DNA of 32,000 nt, from positions 960,001 to 992,000 of the forward strand of contig NZ_CP074694.1 in NCBI RefSeq assembly GCF_018398935.1, written 5' to 3'. Each line of letters starts with the position of its first letter. Within the stretch, counting starts at the first letter, position 1. Shown piece after piece: positions 18,657 through 27,612 of this stretch. Source of the DNA: Telmatocola sphagniphila (GTDB lineage Bacteria > Planctomycetota > Planctomycetia > Gemmatales > Gemmataceae). The notes under the pieces are model-generated. The model ran no database searches. It worked only from the letters and a program-made list of their open reading frames with translations, and was not told the origin of the DNA. The position numbers and the translations under genes were made by a program.

Positions 18657-20459
18657 TTAGTGATTCAAAATAAACTCATTGGTATTCAAGAGCGACCAGA
18701 ACAGGTCGTTGTAAAATTCTTTGAGTTTATTGGTCTTCTTAGCTTCTAGTAACGCTTCCATCACGAACTTCGACTCACTGGTAAAGCTACCAGTCGGTTT
18801 GCCGGTCTTCTTGTCGAGAACGGGAATGTTGGCCGCGGTGCTCATCGGTCGGCTGAGTGCCGAGTAGTAGAGTTCCTTGATGATTTCCTGATCGTTTACT
18901 TTATGCCGAGCAATCGCTCGTTCGATAACGCTGGCCCCCTTGCTGTTGAGGGCTTTGTTGATTTCGTCGCCGTTCATCATCAGCAGGGCCTGAACGATCG
19001 TGCCGTTGAAAGAGACTTCGTTTCCTTCATCATCGCCGAAGTTGTTGACGAGTTTCTGTTGCCAGATTTGCCTGCGGTCGCGAAGTTCATCCCGTCGGAC
19101 ACCGGCACCCGCCTTGGTCGCTTCCATGAGAGATTCGAACAAGACCTCGGGCGACATGGCTTTGAGCAGCATCCGGCTGAAATAGGCTTCTTTATCGGCC
19201 GATTTGTTCTTTTCATTCGCCACATACGAAAGACTGTAGGCATCGCTGCAGCAGATCCATTCAAGCAGCAGTTTCGTGTCGTAGCCGTAGGTCTTGAACG
19301 CGGCTGCCAGCTTATCCAGAAGTTCGGCATGCACCACTTTATTGTGGTTGCCGAAATCATCGAAAGCAGCGGTTTCATTCAGTCCGCGACCAAACAGTTG
19401 TGCCCAGATACGATTGACGTAAGCTTTCGCGAAGTTGTCGTGACCGATGACGAATTCCGCGGCCAGTTCGCGACGCGATTTAGCCTGCGTTTCGGAGGTC
19501 ATCATCTTTTCTTTGCGATCGGCTTTGTCCTTGTCCAACTCCGACAGGTCAGGGAGGAAGACCGGTTTGGTGGAGACCAGTACGCCGCTCCGTTTTTCGT
19601 AGTAAACCGTGCCGCTCTTATTCGCGCTCGCATCATCGCTGATCGTGACCGGAACGTAACCATCCTTTTTAGCGTTGGCAGTTTTCGGAGTCGGGGTTTT
19701 GTCGCGGGAAACCTGCCGGAAGAAAGCATTTACGCCCCAGAAATTTTCCTGGCCCCATTCCGGGTTGAAGGGGTGATCGTGGCACTGAGTGCATTGGGTC
19801 TGGATCCCGAGGAAGATTTTGGTCACTCGCGAGGTCAGCGGGACCATCTCAAAGGGACCATCGGAAATCTTCTTGTCAGCCGGAGAGGCTTCGCCCATAT
19901 GGGACAAAATGAAATTGACCGCTCCGTTCTCGGTACTTTTCCCGGTGGCCGTAATCAGTTTGTAAACCATCTTATCGTAGGGCGTGTTGCTCAGAATTTC
20001 GGTTTCCAGCCAGAACTTCAGCCCTTCGTGGTAGCGTTCCATCAGGCCGCCGCGGGTCATCAGCCAGATGGTCCAGATGTTCGACCAGTGCTGAGCATAG
20101 GCTTCGTTGTAGGCGACTTTGGTATCCTTGCCGTCGACCTTCAGCGGGTATTCCTTGGCATTGAGTAGCCGCTTGACGAGTTTTTGGCGTTTGTTGGTAC
20201 TGGAATCGTTGATGAAGTCGCGAACTTCATCCGATGAGGGGATACGGCCGATTAAGTCGATGAAAGCTCTTCGAACAAAAGTGTAATCGTTGCAACGCTC
20301 CGAGGGTTTCAGATCGTTGGCTTCCCAACTCTTCTTAAGCAATTCATCGATCATGTGGGACTGATCGTTTTTCTGAGCGTGGGCTTTCCCGGCAAAGCCA
20401 GTGCTTCCCCAAACGACAGCCAGCCCACAAATCAGCGGTTTCAGCCAGCGGCGTATCAT
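18657..20459 (-). CDS. DUF1549 / DUF1553 domain protein (planctomycete PSD-type)
   Basis: Signal peptide, then FVRRAFIDLIGRIPSSDEVRDF (DUF1549) and CTQCHDHPFNPEWGQENFWGVNAFF. The C-terminal DUF1553-like region ends FWSLLNTNEFILNH. Confidence 0.85.
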   Translation of the reverse strand: MIRRWLKPLICGLAVVWGSTGFAGKAHAQKNDQSHMIDELLKKSWEANDLKPSERCNDYTFVRRAFIDLIGRIPSSDEVRDFINDSSTNKRQKLVKRLLNAKEYPLKVDGKDTKVAYNEAYAQHWSNIWTIWLMTRGGLMERYHEGLKFWLETEILSNTPYDKMVYKLITATGKSTENGAVNFILSHMGEASPADKKISDGPFEMVPLTSRVTKIFLGIQTQCTQCHDHPFNPEWGQENFWGVNAFFRQVSRDKTPTPKTANAKKDGYVPVTISDDASANKSGTVYYEKRSGVLVSTKPVFLPDLSELDKDKADRKEKMMTSETQAKSRRELAAEFVIGHDNFAKAYVNRIWAQLFGRGLNETAAFDDFGNHNKVVHAELLDKLAAAFKTYGYDTKLLLEWICCSDAYSLSYVANEKNKSADKEAYFSRMLLKAMSPEVLFESLMEATKAGAGVRRDELRDRRQIWQQKLVNNFGDDEGNEVSFNGTIVQALLMMNGDEINKALNSKGASVIERAIARHKVNDQEIIKELYYSALSRPMSTAANIPVLDKKTGKPTGSFTSESKFVMEALLEAKKTNKLKEFYNDLFWSLLNTNEFILNH

Positions 20460-20690
20460 TGAATGCTCCTCGGTTACTGCTCGTAGTATCGCGAGATCCA
20501 GCAGCGTGTCTTGAGTCTAGTATTGAGGCGGGTCTTCAGCCAGCAATCAAACTTATCTTTTCCAAAATACTTCTCTGCGGCAAATATATCTCGCCCAGCC
20601 GAAGTCGCACAGTTTGATTACATTGATATTGACGTGTCGGAACCTGAAAAAGTTCCGGTGTAAAATGAGAAGATTGTTCACGGATTCGTT

Positions 20691-21038
20691 ATGCTGGAAT
20701 TCGACGCTGCCCGTTGCCGGACCAATGTTCGTAAAGCCGAGACCGGGGATTTGCTGGATAGAATCACAGTTTTCCGCGAGGATTTGGAACCGGGGGCCGT
20801 TCCAATTATCGAACGGGAACTCCGAGATCGCGGTATCGATGCCCTAGCAATTTCGCAATACGAACAGAAGAGGCCGCGAATTAAGGCCTCGGCGGGCTAC
20901 GTGCTCAAGTGTAGTCTTTGCCACCGGCCCGCGATCAATCAAGCTTGGGGCTGGCACAAAATGTGGGGCTTTTTGCCCGTATTTCCCAGGCTGATGCGTT
21001 GGTGTGAAGAGCATCAGCCCCGTTCAGACGCTAATTAG
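20691..21038 (+). CDS. hypothetical protein (possible Cys/His metal-binding C-terminus)
   Basis: 115-aa ATG ORF with balanced composition. It contains CSLCH ... WCEEH. There is no signal peptide and no recognised family. Confidence 0.5.
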   Translation: MLEFDAARCRTNVRKAETGDLLDRITVFREDLEPGAVPIIERELRDRGIDALAISQYEQKRPRIKASAGYVLKCSLCHRPAINQAWGWHKMWGFLPVFPRLMRWCEEHQPRSDAN

Positions 21039-21286
21039 ACTTTCAGAAACTTGGCAATATCTTCCGGCTTGATCAAGCTGGATCGTTTATTCAGCTTTGT
21101 AGAAAGCCAGGACATGATTGCCGGAGTGTAAGGCAATTTGCCTGCCTTCACGGCTGCCAGCATACGAGCATCCTTACGGATCCGCTCTTTTCGCTTTTCA
21201 TGGCCATTTTCGATGCGGGACAGGTGCTGGTCCACCTGGGTCATCTTCATCCGAACGCCACGAGAAATCCGCTCCGCCATCGTCAT
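21035..21286 (-). CDS. small basic hypothetical protein downstream of cysA
   Basis: ORF ...MTMAERISRGVRMKMTQVDQHLSRIENGHEKRKERIRKDARMLAAVKAGKLPYTP..., 14-60 nt downstream of the cysA stop on the same strand. The start is uncertain: ATG 21286, ATG 21280 (GAGG 8 nt upstream), or the track TTG at 21328. Confidence 0.5.
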   Translation of the reverse strand: MTMAERISRGVRMKMTQVDQHLSRIENGHEKRKERIRKDARMLAAVKAGKLPYTPAIMSWLSTKLNKRSSLIKPEDIAKFLKV

Positions 21287-21342
21287 TACCTCATCAATAT
21301 GTAAACCGTTATTTTGCAATCCTACCAATGAAATGGCAAGGG

Positions 21343-22401
21343 TCAGATTGTATAGTCCGGTGCGAACATCCGAGCTTTCTTAGGACTGATGTAAACCATA
21401 TCGCTCGATCGCAGCTTTAAAGCGGCGTAACGCTCCGGGCTGACATCCACGTTCACCGTCAGTCCGTACTCCTCGGAGATAAGGCGGACTTTAACTACAG
21501 ATCCTGCCGGATTTATATGAAGAATCTTGACTTCCAGACAGGTATTATTGTTCCGGATGCGGTCGATTTCCAATTCATGCGGACGAATATAAACCCGAGC
21601 TTCCTCCGAGTCATCCATGGGCATGGAAGGCAATGGCATCTCAATTTTGCCCAGCATCGCCCGGCCATCCTGCAAGCGTACCGGAAAAATATTCACATTT
21701 CCCAAAAAATCCATGACAAAAGCATTGGCCGGATGTTCGAAGACTTCCACGGGGGTGCCGGTCTGTTCGATTTTTCCCTGATTCATCACCACTATCTGGT
21801 CGGCCACTTCAAAGGCTTCCTCCTGATCGTGCGTCACAAATATACTCGTAACGTGAAATTCATCGTGAAAACGCCGCAACCAGGTCCGGAGTTCCATTCG
21901 AACCTTGGCATCCAGAGCGCCGAACGGTTCATCGAGCAAAATCACCCGTGGTTGCGGGGCAAGGGCGCGAATCAGGGCAATCCGCTGCTTTTGGCCGCCA
22001 GAAAGCTGACTGGGATATCGGCCTGCCAGATCCTCTAGCCGTACGAGTTTCAATAGCTCGAAGACCCGTTCCTTGATTCTCGGTTCGGCCCAGTGTCGAA
22101 CCCGTAGCCCAAAGGCCACATTTTCAAAGACCGTCATATGGCGGAACAGGGCATAATGCTGAAAAACAAAGCCGACATTGCGTTCCCGGGCCGACGATTG
22201 GGTGACATCGTCATCCTGGTAGAGGACATTGCCCGAATCGGGGTTTTCCAGACCCGCAATGATTCGTAGAAGAGTCGTTTTTCCGGAACCGGAGGGGCCA
22301 AGCAGGGCCACCAGAGTGCCCGTTTTGGCTTCGAAACTGACGCGATCCAACACTGAGGCTACGCCGAACTTTTTCGAAACATTTCGAACCGCAATGCTCA
22401 T
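21343..22401 (-). CDS. cysA: sulfate/thiosulfate ABC transporter ATP-binding protein
   Basis: [13 protein letters not shown]...[21 protein letters not shown]...[24 protein letters not shown]...[15 protein letters not shown]...[14 protein letters not shown]...FVTHDQEEA closely parallels E. coli CysA as I remember it. It has a TOBE-like C-terminus. ATG 22401 is preferred over the track TTG at 22416. Confidence 0.85.
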   Translation of the reverse strand: MSIAVRNVSKKFGVASVLDRVSFEAKTGTLVALLGPSGSGKTTLLRIIAGLENPDSGNVLYQDDDVTQSSARERNVGFVFQHYALFRHMTVFENVAFGLRVRHWAEPRIKERVFELLKLVRLEDLAGRYPSQLSGGQKQRIALIRALAPQPRVILLDEPFGALDAKVRMELRTWLRRFHDEFHVTSIFVTHDQEEAFEVADQIVVMNQGKIEQTGTPVEVFEHPANAFVMDFLGNVNIFPVRLQDGRAMLGKIEMPLPSMPMDDSEEARVYIRPHELEIDRIRNNNTCLEVKILHINPAGSVVKVRLISEEYGLTVNVDVSPERYAALKLRSSDMVYISPKKARMFAPDYTI

Positions 22402-22608
22402 AACTTTTCCAGGCAAAATAAGGCCGGACCTACGCGAGGCAGTTTTGTTACATTATCGCAGCCGTGAACCGGGAGTCCATTTTATGAGTACCGCCGTCCG
22501 TCATTTTTACGGAACTGACAAAGTAGCCTGAGGAGATTATCTTTCCGGAGAGCTTCGAAACCCGATAATACGAACACGCGAATCCGTTCTCCATTTCGGG
22601 GTAGTAGC

Positions 22609-23238
22609 ATGCCGGCCGGCTTACACGTTTCCAATCATCCCTTTGTCCGGGCCAAAGTTACGAGATTGCGGGATCGTTCGGTATCCCCCAAAGAATTTCG
22701 GGAGCTGGTTTCCTCCCTGGCGGAACTGCTGTTCGTGGAGGCGACGCACGATCTGGCGACCGAACCGATTACCGTGGAAACTCCGCTGGCAGTCTGTCCG
22801 GGAGTAAAAATCGCGGCCCAGGTCGGCATTATTCCTATCCTGAGAGCCGGATTAGGAATGGCCGAGCCTCTCCTGCACGTGCTTCCGGATGCAATCGTCT
22901 GGCATCTGGGCTTATACCGGGATCACGATACTCATCAACCGATCTGGTATTACGATAAGCTCCCGAAGCAGCCGAATATCGATATCGCTTTTATCGTGGA
23001 TCCGATGCTGGCAACCGGCGGTTCCGTGGTTGCGGCGGTCGATCGGCTCAAGAAGTGGGGAGTTCAACGCATCAAATTCCTCGGTTTGATTGCCGCTCCG
23101 GAAGGAGTGGCCGCTCTTCAATCGGCTCATCCGGACGTGTCGATTTACCTGGCAGCCGTCGATACTCACTTGAATGAAAACCGGTATATCGTGCCCGGAC
23201 TGGGAGACGCGGGCGATCGGCAGTTCGGCACGCGCTGA
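22609..23238 (+). CDS. upp: uracil phosphoribosyltransferase
   Basis: HPFVRAKVTRLRD, ILRAGLGM, the PRPP loop VDPMLATGGS and the C-terminal YIVPGLGDAGDRQFGT are Upp signatures. Confidence 0.9.
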   Translation: MPAGLHVSNHPFVRAKVTRLRDRSVSPKEFRELVSSLAELLFVEATHDLATEPITVETPLAVCPGVKIAAQVGIIPILRAGLGMAEPLLHVLPDAIVWHLGLYRDHDTHQPIWYYDKLPKQPNIDIAFIVDPMLATGGSVVAAVDRLKKWGVQRIKFLGLIAAPEGVAALQSAHPDVSIYLAAVDTHLNENRYIVPGLGDAGDRQFGTR

Positions 23239-23239
23239 T

Positions 23240-23635
23240 TCAGGATTTGAGATTTCTGCCGTCGAACGCCAGAGGGAAAAGATCGCCCAATTGATGCGTC
23301 TGTTTCAGTTCCTTCAGATCGGCGAGAAGAACATCCAGATTCCCGCCAAATTCCCAAAGCAATTGTCGGCAGGCACCGCACGGAGGAGTCGGTTGGGAAG
23401 TATCGGTGACCACACAGACGCGCTTGAAACTGGTTTTTCCTTCGGAAAGGGCTTTGAACAAGGCGACTCGTTCGGCACAAATCGTCAGGCCGAGGGTGGC
23501 ATTCTCTATATTGCAACCGGTGTAGATCTTGCCTTCGCTCGTCTCCAGAGCGGCTCCCACTCGAAATCCGGAGAAGGGAGCGATGGCGTACTGCCGGGCT
23601 TTTTGAGCGGCAGAAATCAGAGTTTTATCACTCAT
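23240..23635 (-). CDS. cdd: cytidine deaminase
   Basis: 131 aa with zinc ligand motifs CAERVALF and PCGACRQLLWEF, typical of tetrameric Cdd. Confidence 0.9.
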   Translation of the reverse strand: MSDKTLISAAQKARQYAIAPFSGFRVGAALETSEGKIYTGCNIENATLGLTICAERVALFKALSEGKTSFKRVCVVTDTSQPTPPCGACRQLLWEFGGNLDVLLADLKELKQTHQLGDLFPLAFDGRNLKS

Positions 23636-23649
23636 AGTCGGGCCCGTTT

Positions 23650-24963
23650 TTAGGAAATGATTTCTTTGATCAAGGCCACTTGCGTCGGCGGCTCGGAGAA
23701 GATTTCGAGCGCGGATTGGAAGAGATCCAGAGCTTGCCGGGGTACCGAGTCCTCGCGGTGGATGATCTCCAGCCAGTCATCACCGGCCTGCAGGGCATCC
23801 CCGACTTGCTTTTTGAGTCGGACGCCGACACCATGGTCAATTTGATCTTCAGCCCGACTTCTGCCCGCTCCCAGAATCATGGTTCCCCGGCCGATATTCC
23901 AAGCATCAATTGCATGAACGTACCCAGACTGCGGAGCTTTCAGGAATGTGGTTTTCGAGGCCATGGGGAATCGGGAATAATCATCGATGACGCGGGGATC
24001 TCCCCCTTGTTTTTCGATGGTTTGACGCAATTTCTCGAGAGCCTGCCCATTGGAAAGCACTCTCTGAAGCCGGTTTACGGCGTCTTCCTCATTGACGGCC
24101 AGGCCTGTGATCCGGAGCATCCGGGCGGCCAGCAGCATCGAAAGATCTGTCAGAGGAGAAGATACTTTTCCTTTGAGGATTTCAATGCACTCTATGACCT
24201 CAAGAGAGTTGCCAACCGTCGCACCCAAAGGGCAGTTCATATCCGTTAATAAGGCCTCGGTTTTCAGATTGTTAGCGATTCCCACGTTGACGATCAATTG
24301 AGCCAGAGCTTTTGCATCGGAGTATTTCTGCATGAAGGCCCCGCGGCCAAACTTCACATCCATGACCAGGGCATCGATGCCTTCCGCTAATTTTTTGCTG
24401 AGGATGGACGCCGTGATCAGCGGCATACTTTCCACAGTTCCGGTGACATCCCGCAGGGCGTAAAGTTTCTTGTCCGCGGGGGCCACTTCTCCGGTCTGGC
24501 CGATCAAGCCGATGCCGACCGTGCGCAAGGACTCGCGAAGTTCGGGCTCAGTGAGGTTCGCCCGGAAACCGGGGATCGATTCGAGCTTATCCAGCGTCCC
24601 GCCGGTGTGTCCCAGTCCTCGACCGGACATCATCGGAACGATCCCGCCGCAGGCCGCGACGAGCGGAGCGAGAATCAAAGAGGTTTTGTCTCCGACTCCG
24701 CCGGTCGAATGCTTGTCCACTTTAGGGCCGGGAATATCGGACCAGTCGTAGCGCTTCCCGGAATTCGTCATGCAGCGCGTCAGACAGGCGACTTCCGCCG
24801 CGGTCATCCCTCGAATCCAGATGGCCATGAGTAACGCGGATAGCTGATAATCCGGCCAGCTTTCATGGGTGGCCGCATCGATGAAAGCCTGGATTTGCTC
24901 CGTATTCAGGCTGTTACCATCTCTTTTGGAGCGAATGACATCCACGGCGAGAACATTGCTCAT
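23650..24963 (-). CDS. deoA: thymidine / pyrimidine-nucleoside phosphorylase
   Basis: IRSKRDG..L...I..F, QLSALLMAIWIRGMT, DKHSTGGVGDKTSL and MSGRGLGHTGGTLDKLESIPGF are family signatures. It is followed 14 nt later by cdd on the same strand. Confidence 0.9.
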   Translation of the reverse strand: MSNVLAVDVIRSKRDGNSLNTEQIQAFIDAATHESWPDYQLSALLMAIWIRGMTAAEVACLTRCMTNSGKRYDWSDIPGPKVDKHSTGGVGDKTSLILAPLVAACGGIVPMMSGRGLGHTGGTLDKLESIPGFRANLTEPELRESLRTVGIGLIGQTGEVAPADKKLYALRDVTGTVESMPLITASILSKKLAEGIDALVMDVKFGRGAFMQKYSDAKALAQLIVNVGIANNLKTEALLTDMNCPLGATVGNSLEVIECIEILKGKVSSPLTDLSMLLAARMLRITGLAVNEEDAVNRLQRVLSNGQALEKLRQTIEKQGGDPRVIDDYSRFPMASKTTFLKAPQSGYVHAIDAWNIGRGTMILGAGRSRAEDQIDHGVGVRLKKQVGDALQAGDDWLEIIHREDSVPRQALDLFQSALEIFSEPPTQVALIKEIIS

Positions 24964-25046
24964 ACGAACTCAAATCTGGAATTTGAGGCGAGTTTATACA
25001 ATATCAGTATTGGTTAATTCTATAGGAATATTCGAACTTTCCGCTC

Positions 25047-25697
25047 ATGCAATCTGCCAGCCACATTTATCTCCGTAGTGACCGAACTCAGAAACTCAAA
25101 GACTTCGCGGGGTATCAAAAGGGGCATCGCCTTCCCGAAAGAATCGATGCCTATTCCAAAAGATATTTAGGGGAAATCGGTCAGGGCGAACTGAAAGCCG
25201 AGATGGACCGGGTTTTTAACCTGCTTCGGAATCATTACAGCTACAAGAGAAAAGAGTTGGAATCTTCCATCTCCCCCGAGGGGGAAGCGGTCATCCATAC
25301 TCCGGCCTTCAGCTATCGGGTGAGCTTACATCTCGATGAAACTGATTTGACTCGAGCCATCGTAAAACGGGAACTCTCGCCAGAGGACCTGGAAAGTATC
25401 AAAAAGCCCGCTTTTGAACTGGTTTTCCCCAAGATGTTCGATACGCTTCTCGTGGAATGGGAGGAACCGCTGGATCTCATAGCCCTGATAGATCGATTGG
25501 AAGACGATCCGATAGCCAACACGAAAATGACGATCAGCAGCGATAACAGTTATATGGACCTGAACATCGGCGGCTTCCCGGGAGTCATGCGGTTGGAGGC
25601 GAAGACCTTGGAAATTACCGGATTGAATCTCTCGGCGGTATCGATGCTGGAGCAATTTGCGAAATTTCAGGCCAAGGTTCAACCGGAGGGGAACTAA
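25047..25697 (+). CDS. hypothetical protein, translationally coupled to purE
   Basis: 216-aa ATG ORF with ordinary soluble-protein composition and no recognised motif. Its TAA (25695..25697) overlaps the purE ATG (25697..25699). Confidence 0.55.
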   Translation: MQSASHIYLRSDRTQKLKDFAGYQKGHRLPERIDAYSKRYLGEIGQGELKAEMDRVFNLLRNHYSYKRKELESSISPEGEAVIHTPAFSYRVSLHLDETDLTRAIVKRELSPEDLESIKKPAFELVFPKMFDTLLVEWEEPLDLIALIDRLEDDPIANTKMTISSDNSYMDLNIGGFPGVMRLEAKTLEITGLNLSAVSMLEQFAKFQAKVQPEGN

Positions 25698-26200
25698 TGA
25701 AGCCATTGGTCGGAATCATCATGGGATCCCAGAGTGATTGGGCGACTATGAGCCATGCTGCCGAAACCCTTCAGGCTCTGCAAATTCCTCACGAAGTGAA
25801 AATCGTCTCGGCACATCGTACACCGGATCTGCTCTTTGAATACGCTTCGCAGGCCGAGCAGCGCGGGCTGGAAGTGATCATTGCCGGGGCGGGAGGGGCC
25901 GCCCATTTGCCCGGTATGTGCGCCGCCAAAACAGTGCTACCGGTCCTCGGAGTTCCCGTGGAATCAGCAGTTTTGCGTGGCGTCGACTCCCTTCTATCTA
26001 TCGTTCAGATGCCGGCCGGAATTCCGGTGGGAACTCTGGCAATTGGCAAAGCCGGAGCCATCAATGCGGGACTTTTGGCCGCGGCAATGCTCGGGGGCAA
26101 GTATCCTGAATTTCGCAAACATCTGGCGGCCTATCGGCATTCTCAGACGGAAAAGGTCCTGGCGAATCCTCAACCCCTGTCCGTTGAGGAACGGAAATGA
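25697..26200 (+). CDS. purE: 5-(carboxyamino)imidazole ribonucleotide mutase
   Basis: [32 protein letters not shown] and PVLGVPV are PurE class I signatures. GGAGGGG lies 6 nt upstream of the ATG. Confidence 0.9.
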   Translation: MKPLVGIIMGSQSDWATMSHAAETLQALQIPHEVKIVSAHRTPDLLFEYASQAEQRGLEVIIAGAGGAAHLPGMCAAKTVLPVLGVPVESAVLRGVDSLLSIVQMPAGIPVGTLAIGKAGAINAGLLAAAMLGGKYPEFRKHLAAYRHSQTEKVLANPQPLSVEERK

Positions 26201-27291
26201 GAATCGGTATTCTCGGCGGCGGACAACTGGCTCGCATGATGTCGCTTGCGGCCTATCCTCTAAATATTCAAACGCGAATCTACGAACCTGCCCCAGAGTC
26301 CTGTGCGGCCCAGGTGACCGAGCGAATTCAAGGCGAGTACGACGATTTTCGGGCCCTTTTTCAATTCATTCAGGGTTGCGATTCCGTCACATACGAATTT
26401 GAAAATGTTCCGATCGAAACCGCACGCTGGATCAACGAGCGGGTTCCGGTCTACCCTCCCCCCGAGGCTCTGCGCGTTTCCCAGGATCGGATTATTGAGA
26501 AGACTTTCCTGCAAGATCTGGGCATAAGAACGCCGGCCTTTCGAGCGATCAATTCTCGGGCGGATTACGATCGGGCGATTCAAGAACTCGGCTTTCCCTT
26601 TGTGCTGAAAACCACTCGCTTCGGCTATGACGGCAAAGGTCAGATGGTGGTGAAATCTTTGGAGGACCAGGAAAAAGCCTGGATCCTTCTCGGCGGGCGC
26701 CCCCTGATTCTGGAACAGTTCGTTCCCTTTGATAGCGAGTATTCGATTATAGCCGTGCGCGATCGATCCCTAGCGATTCGAACTTACGATCTCATCGAAA
26801 ATCAGCATCGGGAGGGTATTCTCCGACGCTCCGTCTGTCCTTCCTCCGCGAGCGAAACTCAGAAACGCTTAGCCCGGAAAGCGGCCGCAGCCGTTATGGA
26901 AAAGTTGGATTATGTGGGCGTGCTGACGATTGAATTTTTTGGCATCGGCGAGGATCTCTGGGCGAATGAAATGGCTCCCCGAGTACACAATTCCGGTCAC
27001 TGGACGATCAACGCCGCCGTGACTAGCCAATTCGAAAATCACATGCGAGCGGTGGCGGGTTTGGATCTCGGCAGTACAGAACTTTTGAAACCGGTGCGAA
27101 TGTTGAACTGCATCGGCCGGATGCCCGACCGCCAAAAAATTTGTGCGGATGGCTGGACGAAGTATCACGATTATGGGAAATCGTCTCGCGCCGGACGCAA
27201 AGTCGGGCATCTGACTCTAATGCATTCCGATTCGATTGCCGCGGATTCTCTGGAAGAATTGTTCTGGAAAGAAATGGCCGATTCGGACTGA
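26197..27291 (+). CDS. purK: 5-(carboxyamino)imidazole ribonucleotide synthase (ATP-grasp)
   Basis: There is an ATGA overlap with pur[33 protein letters not shown]...[17 protein letters not shown] fit PurK. Confidence 0.9.
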   Translation: MRIGILGGGQLARMMSLAAYPLNIQTRIYEPAPESCAAQVTERIQGEYDDFRALFQFIQGCDSVTYEFENVPIETARWINERVPVYPPPEALRVSQDRIIEKTFLQDLGIRTPAFRAINSRADYDRAIQELGFPFVLKTTRFGYDGKGQMVVKSLEDQEKAWILLGGRPLILEQFVPFDSEYSIIAVRDRSLAIRTYDLIENQHREGILRRSVCPSSASETQKRLARKAAAAVMEKLDYVGVLTIEFFGIGEDLWANEMAPRVHNSGHWTINAAVTSQFENHMRAVAGLDLGSTELLKPVRMLNCIGRMPDRQKICADGWTKYHDYGKSSRAGRKVGHLTLMHSDSIAADSLEELFWKEMADSD

Positions 27292-27293
27292 GA

Positions 27294-27452
27294 CTACCGG
27301 ACCGGAAGTTCAGCAGCCAGATTCGATTGAGACATTTTGATGGATATGAGGCACAGCAATACTACCGCCGCGAAAAAAAACGCGGACTCCATGGCTGTGG
27401 GACCATCTTCGACACGTAGAAATCGCAAGCATTTGCTGAGTAGATTTTTCAT
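27294..27452 (-). CDS. divergent, short Flp-like prepilin (52 aa; not in ORF track)
   Basis: Hand translation of the minus strand from ATG 27452: MKNLLSKCLRFLRVEDGPTAMESAFFFAAVVLLCLISIKMSQSNLAAELPVR, ending at TAG. It shares the leader and cleavage context (FL+-x-EDG|PTA-x-E) and the hydrophobic helix with the five Flp genes at 28.8-30.2 kb. GGAG lies ~9 nt upstream. It deviates at the Flp Tyr (E-S instead of E-Y). Confidence 0.55.
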   Translation of the reverse strand: MKNLLSKCLRFLRVEDGPTAMESAFFFAAVVLLCLISIKMSQSNLAAELPVR

Positions 27453-27612
27453 GTTTCCCAACTCCGTCTGATGTCCTCTATTTTACTCCTCGCGAGATTG
27501 GGAAATTGATAAACTGCAACGGATTTCGCAGTTTTAATGGCAGTTGAAAAGTTTACAGTGCATAATTGGAGGGACGCTCAGATCTGCCGTAACCCCTATT
27601 CCCGATAACTCC

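Noticed and set aside
18903-20168. 421-aa plus-strand ORF
   Set aside because: It is entirely antisense to the well-supported DUF1549/DUF1553 gene. It has no recognisable motifs and has shadow-ORF composition.
20691-21038. CSLCH in the 115-aa hypothetical protein, considered as a c-type haem-binding site
   Set aside because: There is no signal peptide or membrane anchor for export to the periplasm. Together with the downstream C..EH it is more likely a zinc-binding site, or it has no function.
22544-22555. UCCGGAGAGCUU upstream of upp, reminiscent of the PyrR binding loop UCCAGAGAGGCU
   Set aside because: Only ~9 of 12 positions match. I could not draw a flanking anti-terminator/terminator architecture, and no pyrR gene is in the window.
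27368-27385. CCGCG-A8-CGCGG hairpin after purK, considered as a terminator
   Set aside because: The homopolymer forms the loop, not a 3' U-tract, on both strands. The element lies inside the coding sequence of the Flp-like ORF. It is retained only as a possible slippage tract.
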